NCBI RefSeq assembly: GCF_006345805.1
Contig: NC_042999.1
Span: 155,372,001 to 155,436,000 of the forward strand
Origin: Octopus sinensis
Taxonomy: Eukaryota
Direction of reading: 5' to 3'
Length of the DNA stretch: 64,000 nt
Positions 14,431 to 27,455 of the stretch are shown here, piece by piece; within the stretch, counting starts at the first letter, position 1, and every line of letters begins with the position of its first letter. A program made the translations under genes and the position numbers. The notes beneath the pieces were generated by a model. That model worked only from the letters and a program-made list of their open reading frames with translations, did no database searches and was not told the origin of the DNA.

Positions 14431-14526
14431 CTATCTATCTATCTATATCTATCTATCTATCTATCTCTATCTGTTTATCTATCTATCTATCTACTATCTA
14501 TCTATCTATCTATATCTATCTATCTC

Positions 14527-14606
<80 letters not shown>

Positions 14607-14607
14607 C

Positions 14608-14647
<40 letters not shown>
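14030..14647. repeat. (ATCT)n tetranucleotide microsatellite
   Basis: Visible directly. Confidence 0.95.
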
Positions 14648-14827
14648 TTCTCACCCCTCCTTCCCTACCCCCCTCTCTTCCGAGTATCTATATCTAACCA
14701 CCAGAACTGTCTATCTATATTCAGTAATCCTTTTGGTTGTCCGTCAGTTTACCGCTAAATAATCTACTTAATATCTACCACTTTCTGTTTCCCCACTTTT
14801 TCTCGGGCCATCCGCCACCTCTCGTAA

Positions 14828-14922
<95 letters not shown>

Positions 14923-15138
14923 GAGGTCCTCCGAAAGAAACAAGGCGGAACAAAAAATACTTTGGGTCTCGATTTGGCGCGTAGAGGGGGAGAGTATTTC
15001 AATATTAAAAAGCTGACCATGCTTTTAGGGAGAGACCAAGTAGACAGTCACGGGCCCCTCAAAGCAACCTGTCGGTTGACCCCTACTTACCTCATATGTT
15101 TTGCATGTGTGTGTGAGAGTGCGTGCGTGTGTATTTCG

Positions 15139-15341
15139 GGATACCTACACAAGTGTGCTCGCCCCGGCTTTGTTTCCTCATAACTTTCAGAAAAATGGAT
15201 ATTTTTAAATAGAATCTTCTATGAATACGCTTCAGATTGTGTAGATTCCGATTATATTTGTTGTGAAAAAACATTTTCCGGTTTTTCTGTAAATTATGAG
15301 GTAACAAAATCTGGTGGGGGGCAAACTTGGGTAAGCATGCC
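15139..15341. mobile_element. Non-autonomous DNA transposon (MITE-like)
   Basis: Imperfect long TIRs (CTTTGTTTCCTCATAACTT / AAATTATGAGGTAACAAA); related copies at ~9240-9360 and ~12205-12390. Confidence 0.6.
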
Positions 15342-15457
15342 TGTATGTCTTCTCTTAATTCATTTTGTTGTATCTCGGGATTATGCCAATAGTAAACACG
15401 CGCACTGGTTCTATTTCACTTTATTATCATTTATCAATTGGTTAACTATTTAAACAA

Positions 15458-15701
15458 GGTACCACTTAAGAAGAGTGGTCCCGGCGCGCGCACTCGCGTA
15501 CTCGCGCATCCGCGCTAGCTAGTCGTGACTAGTCGATCCTACAACGACTACCGAGCAAAGTAAATAAAACAAAATAATTTTTTTACACAAAGTAAATAAA
15601 ACACAAAAACACAAAGTAAGGATAGGCTAGTCACGACTAGTTAGCGCGGATGCGCAAGTACGCGAGTGCGCGCACCGGGACCACTCTTCTTAAGTAGTAC
15701 C
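15458..15701. mobile_element. Palindromic MITE, Merlin-like
   Basis: ~85-bp GC-rich TIRs beginning GGTAC and ending GTACC; perfect 9-bp TSD TTTAAACAA (15449-15457 and 15702-15710). Confidence 0.85.
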
Positions 15702-16907
15702 TTTAAACAAATGACTAATCGATTGTTTGATTAATTGTTCGGTCAATCAATCAATCAATCAATCAATCAGGTTCGTCAGTCTTTCCGTTTCCGTTTTCAA
15801 CCTCATCAAGTAAATGCCCCTCTCTACCCCAGGTCTGTTTCGGGATCTAGGATTATCAAATTACCACCAATACTTGAATGGTACTGTGGTCTTTATTTTA
15901 TTGACTCCTAATGAACAAAGAGCAAAGACAGACTTCAGCGGGATTTGAACTTAGAACATAAAGGACCGTAACTAATATGCATCAGGCGTTTTGTCCGACG
16001 CTTCACCAGTTCTAACAATTTTATCTTTCCCTCTCTCTCTCTGTCTCTCCCTCTGTCTCTTTCTCTATATATATCTATCTATCTATCTAGCTAGCTAGCT
16101 AGCTAGATATCTTTCTATATACCTAACTGTGGAGGCGCAATGGCCCAGTGGTTAGGGCAGTCGACTCGCGGTCATAGGATCGCGGCTTCGATTCCCAGAC
16201 CGGGCGTTGTGAATGTTTATTGAACGAAAACATTTAAAGCTCCACGAAAACACCTAAAGCTCCTGGAGGTGGTGGTGAACCCTGCTGCACTCTTTCACCA
16301 CAATTTTCTCTCACTCTTTCTTCCTGTTTCTGTTGTACCTGTATTTCAAAGGGCCAGCCTTGTCACGCTCCGTGTCACACTGAATCTCTTCGAGAACTAC
16401 GTTAAGGGTACACGTCTGTGGATTGTTCAGCCACTTGCACGTTAATTTCAGGAGCAGGCTGTTCCGTTGATCGGATCAGCTGGAACCCTCGTCGTCGTAA
16501 CCGACGGAATGTCACGATATACCAAACTATCTGTCTATATGTCTATCAATATACTTACCTTTACGTTCTGAGTTCAAATTCCGTCGAGGCCGACTTTGCC
16601 TTTCATCCTTTCGGGGTCGATAAATTAAGTACCAGTTGCGTACTGATGTCGATCTAATCGACCTCACCAAAAATTTCGAGCCTTGTGCGTAGAGCAGAAA
16701 AAGAAGGCGAAAGTAAAGAATACGTATGCCCGTTGTTTAGGGTTTTTGTTACACCGAAAACAGATGGTGTACGTATTCTTTACCTCCGCTGAAAAGGATA
16801 TACCTAACTATGTCTGTCTATTTATCTACCTACTAACACTTTAACTATTATCGCACGTCTCCTCTAGACCAATGCACCAATTTGGATCCCTTATAAAAAC
16901 CACAGAT

Positions 16908-17239
16908 CAACTTCATAAGCGGAAAGTGTAACCACTCGAAAGAGCTGTTCTTCACTCCTGCTCCAGAGTGTCGGCTGCGGGGTCACCCCGAAAAGCTCTA
17001 TCTGCGACGATTTCATCTCAATCGAAGGAGAAGGGCTTTCTCCGTCCGGGTTGCGGATCCGTGGAATAAGCCGCCGGACGTGATAGTGAAGATGCCGACG
17101 ACCGCTCGGTTCAAAGTCTCCCTTGACCAGAAATGGCCTGAACTCTTTGCATGAACACCACCCTGTACATAACTCCATGTCCCCCTACATGGCCTTGCTT
17201 TTTGTTTTTTGAGCCAAAAAATTAACTTAACTTAACTAA
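16908..17239 (+). mobile_element. CR1-like LINE 3' end
   Basis: RLRGHPEKLYLRRFHLNRRRRAFSVRVADPWN followed by 3' UTR and (TTAAC)n tail; same family as 30098-30725. Confidence 0.85.
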
Positions 17240-17519
17240 GATATGAAATAAAACCTATAGAAACATTGCAACGACTCCCAACCCTGCCAAACCACCACCA
17301 CCACCGCAAATTCTCTCACCTGAAAGAACTGCAAACATATGAATAGATCAACACACCTGTGGTCGGGAACTCGTGGCTGTTAACGAGGAATATTTAAAAG
17401 TGATATGTGTATATGCGTGTGTGTGTGTATAAAATGTATACATATATAATAAATAGCTCCAGGTTTCGGCTCCAATGGGCGCGTGTGTATATATGCGTGC
17501 GTGTACATATATCTATATC

Positions 17520-17573
17520 TGTATGTCTGTCTGTATGTATGTATGTATGTATGTATGTATGTATGTATGTATG

Positions 17574-17612
<39 letters not shown>

Positions 17613-17800
17613 ATGTATGTATGTATGTGTGTATGTATGTATGTATGTATGTATGTATGTATGTGTGTGTGTATGTATGTATGTGTGTATGTATGAATGT
17701 ATGTATGTGTATGTATGTATGTATGTATGTATGTATGTGGTGTGTGTGTATGTATGTATGTATGTATGTATGTATGTATGTATGACTATGTACATTATGT

Positions 17801-17847
<47 letters not shown>

Positions 17848-18630
17848 CGTCTTTATTTCTTTTCCGCACATCGCTTGACAACCGGTGATGGTTTCCTTAC
17901 GTTCTCACAAATTAGCAATTAGCCGTTTCGGCAAAAAAAAAGATTGATAAATTACCAGAATGGAAGAGTGCATTCTTAAGGCATGGGTACACTAGGCAGT
18001 TTGCTCGAGGACCTCAAGGGTCAAAGGGGCCCAATTCTATTAGATGTGTATTATGAGGAATGCTGTCAATAAAATAAATATCATAGGATTCGGTGCAGTG
18101 AATTGGCCGGGGGTCCAAAGTGCTGCTGAGACGGCCCTGCGGGAAAGGTAAATATTGGGGTCCATTTGTTAGACTAACCCCTTCAGGCTAGTGCTCAATT
18201 AAAAGAATATTTGAATGTACCGAAATTTCCAAGGGTTCCACCCCCGTTTTTCGGACAAAAAAAGAGTTTTGTGTTATATTATGAATTCACCGTAATATAA
18301 ATAGCACCTACAACGAAAAAAAGGAAAAAGTTTTCCCAAAAATCCGGGCGGGTTTCCGAGTCACCAAAATAAGGGATTTGCGGCATAGTAGGGGATCAGG
18401 GGAGTTGATTCCACGCGAAGAAAAATCCTACTTTTTTGGGGTGGAAGCGTTTTCTCTGTGTGCGCGTGCATGTGTGTGTGTGTGTGTGTGGTGTGTGTGT
18501 GTGTGTGTGTGTGTGTGAGTGTGTGCATGTGTGGTGTGTGTGTGTGTGTGGTGTGCGTGCGTGTGTTGTGTGTGTGTGCGTGCGTGCGTGCGTGTGTGTG
18601 TGTGTGGTGTGGTGTGTGTGTGTGCGTGTG

Positions 18631-18662
<32 letters not shown>

Positions 18663-18669
18663 TGCGTGT

Positions 18670-18729
<60 letters not shown>

Positions 18730-18743
18730 ATGTGTGTGTGTGT
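17520..18743. repeat. (TATG)n and (TG)n microsatellites with SINE/MITE remnants between them
   Basis: Visible directly at 17520-17845 and 18455-18743. Confidence 0.85.
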
Positions 18744-18825
18744 AAATATACACGCGTGTATATATCAGTTGTTTTAATAATTGGATCACAGCTATGCTGG
18801 GGGCACCGTCTGAAAGGGTTTAGGC

Positions 18826-19160
18826 CAGGGCTGGCCAACCTGAGGCCCGCGGGCCGCATGTGACCCGCAGACTTTTATCTTGCAGCACACTTGATACTTT
18901 CTTGAAATGGGTTTACTTAAACGAATATTTAAAAAAAAATTATAAAAAATTCAAGATTGTAATGAAAAGTAAAAAAGAAAGATACTACTGTTTTTGCAAC
19001 GATAATATTTCATATTGAATCAATGATCATTCATTCATTATTGTAATAATATAAGCATGAGAAAGCAAAATGCTTTCAATTCTTTCCGTATACAAGTTAC
19101 CCTCAAAAACCTTTCTCTGATTAAAGTGGCCCACAATGTAATTCGAGTTGGTCTAGTTCT
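18826..19160. mobile_element. hAT/Charlie-like MITE, degraded
   Basis: Starts CAGGGCTGGCCAACCTGAGGCCCGCGGGCCGCATG, typical of hAT ends; right end GAGTTGG is decayed; interrupts a family-A SINE tail. Confidence 0.55.
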
Positions 19161-19298
19161 AGGTGAACACATCGATACTAGTACTTATTTCTAAGTTTGA
19201 TACTTATTCAGTCGACTCCTTTGGCCGAACCGATGTAAATAAACTAACATCAATTGGCAAGCGGTAGGAAGAAAAACACAATCAGAAACATACACCCA

Positions 19299-19369
<71 letters not shown>

Positions 19370-20049
19370 CACGACAGGCTTCTTTTAGTTTCTATCTATC
19401 AAATTCACTCACAAAGTCTTGGTTGTGCCGAGGCTATAGTAGAAGACACTTACACAGGAATGTCACGCAGTGGGACTGAACCTGGAAGCATTGTGGCTAG
19501 AAAGTAAACTTCTTATCACGCAGCCATGCCTGCGCCAGATATGAGAACAATGTTCCAAATATTTTATTAATGTCGTTATTAACAGTTTATTTCTTATTTT
19601 CACTAGAAGCCAATGCGGTAGTTTGAAGGAGTGGAGACTCAATATTATGCCTACCTGTCGTGGCACTCCGTCGGTTACGACGACGAGGGTTCCAGTTGAT
19701 CCGATCAACGGAACAGCCTTCTCGTGAAATTAACTTGTAAGTGGCTGGGAACTCCACAGACACGTGTACCCTTAACGTAGTACTCGTGGAGATTCAGCGT
19801 GACACAGAGTGTGACATGGTTGGCTGTTTGAAATACAGGTACAAAAGAAACAGGAAGAAAGAGTGAGAGAAAGTTGTGGTGAAAGAGTACTGCAGGGTTC
19901 GCCACTTCCCCCTGTCGGAGCCATGTGGGGCTTTAGGTATTTTCGCTCAATAAATACTTACAATGCCCGGTCGGGGAATCGAAACCGCAATCCTATGACC
20001 GCGAGTCCGCTGCCCTTAACCACTGGGCCATTGCGCCTCGACATGCCTA

Positions 20050-20468
20050 CCTATTTCTTTACTACCCACAAGGGGCTAAACACAGAAGGGACAAACAAGG
20101 ACAGACAAACGAATGAAGTCTATCATATCGGCCCCAGTGCGTAACTGGTACTTATTTAATCGACCCCGAAAGGATGAAAGGCAAAGTCGACCTCGGCAGA
20201 ATCTGAACTCAGAATGTAGCGGCAAACGAAATACCTATTTCTTTATTACCCACAAGGGGCTAAACACAGAGGGGACAAACAAGGACAGACATAGGTATTA
20301 AGTCGATTACATCGACCCCAGTGCGTAACTGGTACTTAATTTATCGACCCCGAAAGGATGAAAGGCAAAGTCGACCTCGGCAGAATTTGAACTCAGAACG
20401 TAGCGGCAAACGAAATCCCGCAAAGCATTTCGCCCGGCGTGCTAACGTTTCTCCCAGCTCGCCGCCTT
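20050..20468 (-). mobile_element. Nin-domain-like SINE (family B), dimer
   Basis: Two tandem body units, one head. Confidence 0.8.
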
Positions 20469-20749
20469 TCGACATGCCTACCTAAGCACACTAAAAGCCA
20501 ATGCTGTTTCGTAATTATTCGCCGATGACATGTACTTAGCTTATAGCGTCTTAATATTTCTATATGAGCAGGTACGGCTACGTGGTTAAGAGGTCTGTGC
20601 GTGCGTTTGTGCTTACTTGATTTCACGTTACGTGATAGCTGTAAACGAGTGTCACTATCAGACAAGCGGTATGAGAGTGACGCTCGCTTCCGGTGTTCAG
20701 TGCAAACATATCAAGTGGTAAGGAAATGCAATCTCACTTGAAAACAGGT

Positions 20750-21441
20750 GCAAGGGTGGCACCCGCTCGCAAAATATCTGCTTCGACGAAATCCGTCTGA
20801 TTGTTGCAAGAAAGAAAAAGCGGACACTAAACCTTTGATGACTATGATAAGTTTCTTTATTGGCCACACAGGGCTGCACACAGATGGGACAAATTACAAG
20901 GTAGAGCTTTTCTTTTGGGGGATGAAAAAAAAACCCCAAAAAACAAGAGAAACAACAAAAAAAAGTGGCGTAGGTTTTCGATCAAAAGGGATCGTGAAAG
21001 AGTAAAAAAAGGAGAAAAAAGAAACAAAAGAAAAGAAAAAGGAAAAAAGAAGAAAAAAGAGTAAAAAAGGGAAAGAGGAGAAAAAAAACGATCAATAGGG
21101 ATCGGTGGTGGTGATGATGGTGATGATGATGATGAGCTGATTTTAGCGCCATAGTTTGATGGGATAAACGAAGAGAGCTAGGTTTTGTTGGCTGTTGTTT
21201 TCTCTCTCACCGATGAAGAAGTCAAGCAGTCATTCATTACTTGCTCTACTCTTTTACTCTTTTGTTTCAGTCATTTAACTGTGGCCATGCTGGAGTACCG
21301 CCTTTAGTCGAGCAAATCGACCCCCAGGAGTTATTCTTTGTAAGCCTAGTACTTATTGTATCATTCTCTTAGGCCGAACAGCTAAGTTACGGCGACGTAA
21401 ACACACAAGCATCGGTTGTCAAGCGATGTTGGGGGGGACAA

Positions 21442-21480
<39 letters not shown>

Positions 21481-22205
21481 CATATATATACGACGGGCTT
21501 CTTTCAGTTTCCGTCTACCAAATTCACTCACAAGGCTTTGGTCGGCCTGAGGCTATAGTAGAAGACACTTGCCCAAGGTACCACACAGTGGAACTGAACC
21601 CGGAACCATGTGGTTGGTAAGCAAGCTACTTACCACAGAGCCACTCCTACGACTGTTACTTTAAAATGTCTTCAGAAACTCAATGCATTCAATTCAAGGT
21701 TTACTCTGTACATTAACTGGATTGAATATTCGTCTTTCAATCCATCTTTTACGCACGCGTTCACACACACAAGTTTATAGGTTTTCTATAGAATACAGTG
21801 CCAGCACTGTAAGTTACGATGATTCGTATACGAATACGTCTTTGTAAATAATGCGATCGGAGATAGAAAAATTTGGTTACGGGTGTACGCACACACACAC
21901 GTTTGTGTGTGTGAGCGCGCGCGCGTAAGTGTGCGTGTATGTGAGCGCGTGCGTAAAAGATAAATTGAAAGACGAATATTCAATCCAGTTAATAGTAAAC
22001 CTTGAATTGAATGCGCTGAGTTTCTGAAGACATTTTAAAAGTAACAATTTCTTATATTACACAAAGCAAAGGAATGAATGACCGCTTGACTTCTTCATCG
22101 GTGAGAGAGAAAACAGCAGCAAACAAAACTTAGCTCTCTTCATTTATCCCATCAAACTATGGCGCTAAAATCAGCTCATCACCACCACCGTCGTCGTCGT
22201 CGTCG

Positions 22206-22237
<32 letters not shown>

Positions 22238-22238
22238 G

Positions 22239-22322
<84 letters not shown>

Positions 22323-22450
22323 CCACCACCACCATCACCATCATTATTATCATCGTCATCATCAAAGGTTTAGTGTCTGCTTTTTCTTTCTTGCAACAAT
22401 CAGATGGATTTCGTCGAAGCAGATATTTTGCGAGCGGGTGCCATCCTTGC
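20750..22450. repeat. Large inverted duplication with insertions in the left arm
   Basis: 20750-20845 matches the reverse complement of 22357-22450; 21105-21245 matches 22063-22190; 21655-21770 matches 21939-22045. Confidence 0.9.
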
Positions 22451-23911
22451 CGCCAACCCACTCCTGTTTTTTTTTTTTCATTGGCACTGAATTCTATAGA
22501 AAATATATAAATGAATTTATATCTACATATATATATAGGTTTTAAAGCTTCCTCCAAATTGCCTGATGCTGGATGGTCATGACCATGGGTCCTGTTCAAG
22601 ACTTATTTATAAACATTTGTCAGACGTAAGATTTCCAATAAATAGAAGTGCACAATTAAATCCTGATATTTACCTCTCGACGGATGGAGGAACAGTACCG
22701 AATATATATATATATAAGACCAAAAGGGTACGGGTGTCGCTATATATATATATATATAGGTGATAAATAAAAATATATGCATACATACAAACATATATGT
22801 ACGTACCTACATCTACATGTATATATACATGCATATATAAATAATTATACGTGAGTACAGGACATCACAATAAGACGTAGAAACGGAAAAAAACAAAAAA
22901 ACAAGAAAACGGAAAACGAAAAACAAGAAAACGAAAAACAATTACAGGACGAGCTACACAAGGACAAAATCCCCGTCATCAGCTGTCGCTAGTGGAGTCA
23001 GGCATGTTTCGAAGGCATAGACAGAACACTAATCCAATAGGCCTTCCTGCGAGAGAATTAAAATAAAATTCCAAGCAGCGGGGCAAAATGAGTACGAACA
23101 CAAACAAGACGTAACAATAAAACTGCAAAATTAAAATACATGTACAAAAACAAACACACAAGAGGACGAACGAAAAAGCCTTTTTTTCTGGCATAGACAA
23201 ACAATAAAACTGCAAAAATAAAAATACATGTACAAAAAATACAATTAGTTACAAAACGAGAAAATAAAAAGAATACGATACAGGAAATCAACCACACAGG
23301 GGGACGAACGAAAAAGCCTTTTGCTGGCGAAGACGAAAAGTATTGTATCAGCGCGTGGAGGCAGTCTTTTCAAATAGTAAGAACCACGTGTAAAGGAATT
23401 TTGTTTTATAGGCAAAGAAGAAGGAAGGAGGAGGGGGACACGCATGTAAAAAAATACAAACTGGGACAAGAACGCAAAACATTTAGAAGACGATACAAAA
23501 AACACGGACGGGACATTCGAAGCCTTCAATCTTCAGTCAAGAATCGGATCATCCTCGTAATTTCGGCTGTACCCAAATGTAACTGGAAACATCCGTCGTA
23601 GTTCAGGCTTCCGCCTTTGTGTTTTTTTAATCGTGAGTATTTGGAATAGAAATTGAAATTTTGAAAAAAAATGTTTTTGCTGAGTCCGTAAATGTGAAAA
23701 AAGTTTTTAAAAGGCCATGGCAATAAGAAATAAAAATGTAACAAGGCACAGAAATGCTTATTCCGTAAGTCTGCTGTCAGCTCTGACTAAGCAGATCTCT
23801 GATAAAAGTCATCCCAGCAGGTGTGTCACTGTGTTCTGCTGAGCATATGGAAGCACTTATGTTAATATTTTAACTCGAAACAAAAGAAATGATTTTTCTG
23901 TTTTTCTTCAG

Positions 23912-23923
23912 AAACCAAAGATG
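23912..23923 (+). CDS. Candidate 12-nt phase-1/1 microexon (E-T-K-D)
   Basis: TTTTTCTGTTTTTCTTCAG|AAACCAAAGATG|GTAAGT: strong acceptor and donor, frame-preserving, phase-compatible with the 13907-13967 exon. Confidence 0.4.
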
Positions 23924-23975
23924 GTAAGTTTTCTTTAAAATAATACCGTTTTTGCAGTATCACGATATAATCCCG

Positions 23976-24273
23976 TGGAGGCACATGGCCTAGTGGTTAG
24001 GAGCAGCGGACTTGCAGTCGAGGGATCGCGGGTTCGAATCTCATACCGGGCGATGTGTGTGTTTATGAGCGAAACACCTAAGCTCCACGCGGCTCCGGCA
24101 GAAGGTAATGGCGAATTTCTGCTGACTCTTTCGCCACAACTTTCTCTCAGTCTTTCCTCCTACATCTTGCAGCTCACCTGCGACGGGCCGGCGTCCTGTC
24201 CAGGTGGGGAATCCTATACGCCAAGGAAACCGGAAACCGGCCCTATAAGCCTGGTGTGGCTCCAGAAGGAACA
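23976..24273 (+). mobile_element. tRNA-derived SINE (family C head) with V-domain-like body
   Basis: Family-C-like head followed by CCTGCGACGGGCCGGCGTCCTGTCCAGG...GGAAACCGG, which resembles the V-SINE domain. Confidence 0.7.
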
Positions 24274-25882
24274 ATATATATATATAATAAAACTACGTAG
24301 AGCTATGGTTACACTCAACGTTGCTGATAGCTTCTTGGAAAGTACAACTTTAAGGGAAACGACCGAAAGCGAACCAAATTTTGCCGTAGGACTCAATGAT
24401 ATAAACTGGAGTTACATTCCTACATTGTTGTTCCTCATCAAAAAACATCAACAAACTTTTAAAAATAATTCAAAGCATTTCTAAAATTAAACATTGAAAT
24501 ATTGAAATATATGCGTTATAAAGCGTTTAAGAAAAATTTCTAAAATAATAACGTATCTATTTATTCTCGACAGGAAACATTTGACAGAGATTCAAAAGTT
24601 AGGAATTGTATTTAGAAAAATAATAGCTGTTGCATCAGGCGGTAAGCATTCTTACCAAAGTTTCATCATATGATTACGAGTTCATTTATTAAAAAAATTA
24701 ATTAACATTGGTCATTCATATCAGTAGATAGTGTCACGGGAAGACTGACTGTTCCTCTGGTGATGGTAGTGGTGGTGGTGGTGATATTGGTGGTGGTTGC
24801 TGTTGATGTTGTTTAACCCCAGGTCAAACCCAATCCGGTCATTCAGAGTATGATCCTTTCATCTTTTAAACACATTAATCGGATTACATTTCAATCTTTT
24901 CAAAACGATGTGTGTGCATGTATGTGTGCGTGTATATGTGCTTGTACGTGTATGTGTGTGCTCATGTGCGTCTTTTTTGTGTGTGTGCGTTTGCGTGCGT
25001 ACATGTGCGTTTGTGTGTGTATCCGCGCGCGTGTGCGTGTATAATCATTTATACAACCATATATGACCTCTACAAAATCTTATATAAATCAACATCCACT
25101 TTACCATGCTTCCATGGGTCACACGGAATCTGTTGAAGCAGATTTTCTACCGCCAAATGCTTCCCCAGTTGCTAACCTTCACCGGTTTCCAAGCAAGGTA
25201 ATATTGGCCGGACATGTTATTACGTAAGACTGAAAATGAAGAGACCGATCACTCTCCATCGTTCGACGAGGAGAATTCAGTTATTCGATCAGCTGAATTA
25301 CCTGCTCTTGAATTAATTTGTAGGTGGCTGAGTATTCCAGAGACATGTGTACGCTTAATATAATTCTTCAGATAGTTTGATAAGGACGAAACTTCGAAGC
25401 CACTATCAACTTTCGTTGTAAAATTCTTTTCTACTCTAGGCACAAGGCTTGAAATTTTGGGGGAGGGGGCCAGTCGATTAGATCGTTCCAAGTATGCAAC
25501 TGGTACTTAATTCATCAACCCTGAAAGGATGACAGGAAAAGTCGACCTCGGCGGAATTTGAACTCTGGACGTAAAGATAGACGAAATACCTATTTCTTTA
25601 CTGCCCACAAGGGGCTAAACACAGAGGACAAACAAGGACAGACAAAGGTATTAAGTCGATTACATCGACCCCAGTGCGTAACTGGTACTTAATTTATCGA
25701 CTCCGAAAGGATGAAGGGCAAAGTCGACCTCGGTGGAATTTGAACTCAGAGCGTAACGGCAGACGAAATACGGCTACGCATTTCGCCCGGCGTGCTAACG
25801 TTTCTGCCAGTTCGCCCGGCGTGCTAACGTTTCTGCCAGTTCGCCGCCTTTTTACTTTCGTTGTAAAATTGTGTGTGTGTGT

Positions 25883-25929
<47 letters not shown>

Positions 25930-26680
25930 TGTATGTGTATGTGTGTATAATATGAATAAATGGCAGCACTTACGACCCCTTCTCGTAACATCAGTGTCTC
26001 AGACATTGGTGGAGGCAAGTTACTCTCAGATTTGCGTCCTGGTCCCATAGTTTACAACACAATGGACACCCTATGCCATGTTAAACCGGGTGAGAGCTAA
26101 CATCTCCAAATTTCAGTGATAATTGAGGCCATGACATAAGTCCCTTAGTCAGAGCACTCTGCAGCGGGATTGAACTGAGAACCCTGTGATTTTGAGATTT
26201 CTTCCTGACACGGCTTATTAGTTACGTTAATAGTTGTTTAGAAGTTTTAGTTCAAGTATCTATTTGACTGTAGCTATATTAACGTATGTATAGCGAAACT
26301 GGAATATACATTGTATCTTTACTCTGAATTGTGTGTGTGTATGTACATATGTGTATGTATGTATGTATGTATGTATGTATGTATGTATGTATGTATGTAT
26401 GTATGTATGCATGCATGCATGCATGCATGTATGTATGTATGTATATATGTATGTATATGTGTCTTCTAAAAGGTGAATTCCGCAGTACCCGGAGTTCTAG
26501 CAAAGCATCCAGGTTAAATTGGATTTAAAGATTGGCCTTTCGTATTAATGCTGCTCTTGTCGCTAATAGTTATTTTTTAATAAATCCTCTGGTTGTCTGC
26601 GACATCGGTGCCTGAAAAGTCACTGGAATTTTATATATCGTTGGTAGTGAGATTTAGCTGCTACGCGGCTAGCGGACGTT

Positions 26681-26724
26681 TGTCACTGAAGAGATGAAGT
26701 ACGTCGAAATTACGTGATCTAGCA
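26681..26724 (+). ncRNA. Minimal type-I hammerhead-ribozyme-like motif (canonical core)
   Basis: TGTCA-CTGAAGA-GATG(AAGTA)CGTC-GAAA-TTACGTGA-TC-TAGCA. Confidence 0.6.
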
Positions 26725-26904
26725 GTTCCGACTTCCGTAGTAGACGATTCTCGTCTGTCAACGATATAAACGTGTGCTTTTATGCACTATGCGTTCATAT
26801 GAAGGGTCCACTCAAGGTAAATAATGCAGTATTCGGCGTTCTAACAATACAGCTACGTTAATTTAAATATTAAGATTACCTTTTTATACATACGTATATA
26901 CTGC

Positions 26905-27055
26905 AGGTGAAATCAGGACTATCAAATAGAAGCCCTTGAAAAATGTTTACTTACCTAGGCATCAATAACGTGACCACTGAGAAAGATATTAAATCTCGCA
27001 TTGCTAAGGCTTCGGTAACTATAGACGGACTTAGAACAATATGGAAGTCAACCCT
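26905..27055 (+). mobile_element. RTE LINE RT-thumb fragment
   Basis: FTYLG...EKDIKSRIAKAS....LRTIWKS motif. Confidence 0.7.
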
Positions 27056-27361
27056 ACAAAACACACACACACACACACGCACACACACACACACACACAT
27101 ACACACACACCACACACACAACACACACACACACCACATAGTCCTTACACAACTGGACTCAACACTATCTAACTATGTTCTTATATTTCATCTTACACAA
27201 TCAATTTATGAATGTCCGACTGGGTTATGCGAAGAGCGTAGGCCGTCGAAGGGCGTAGGCTCGAAACATAAAAGACTTTCTCATTTCCCGAGCGTTAAAC
27301 TAATACATCTGATTGTTGTTTACACACCCGTCTTCGTCTTTTGTTTTCTGTAAATTCTCAC

Positions 27362-27455
<94 letters not shown>

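Noticed and set aside
14015-14758. 247-aa YLSI-repeat ORF and the many YI/CV/TH/poly-H ORFs
   Set aside because: Translations of (ATCT)n, (AT)n, (CA)n and triplet microsatellites that lack stop codons.
22960-23570. Additional hammerhead motifs (CTGATGA, CTGAAGA and GAAAC on the minus strand)
   Set aside because: The boxes could not be assembled into a complete three-stem fold; noted only as Penelope-like remnants.
25960-26095. Short open frames with donor-like sites on both strands
   Set aside because: No convincing acceptor or homology; ambiguous strand suggests chance.
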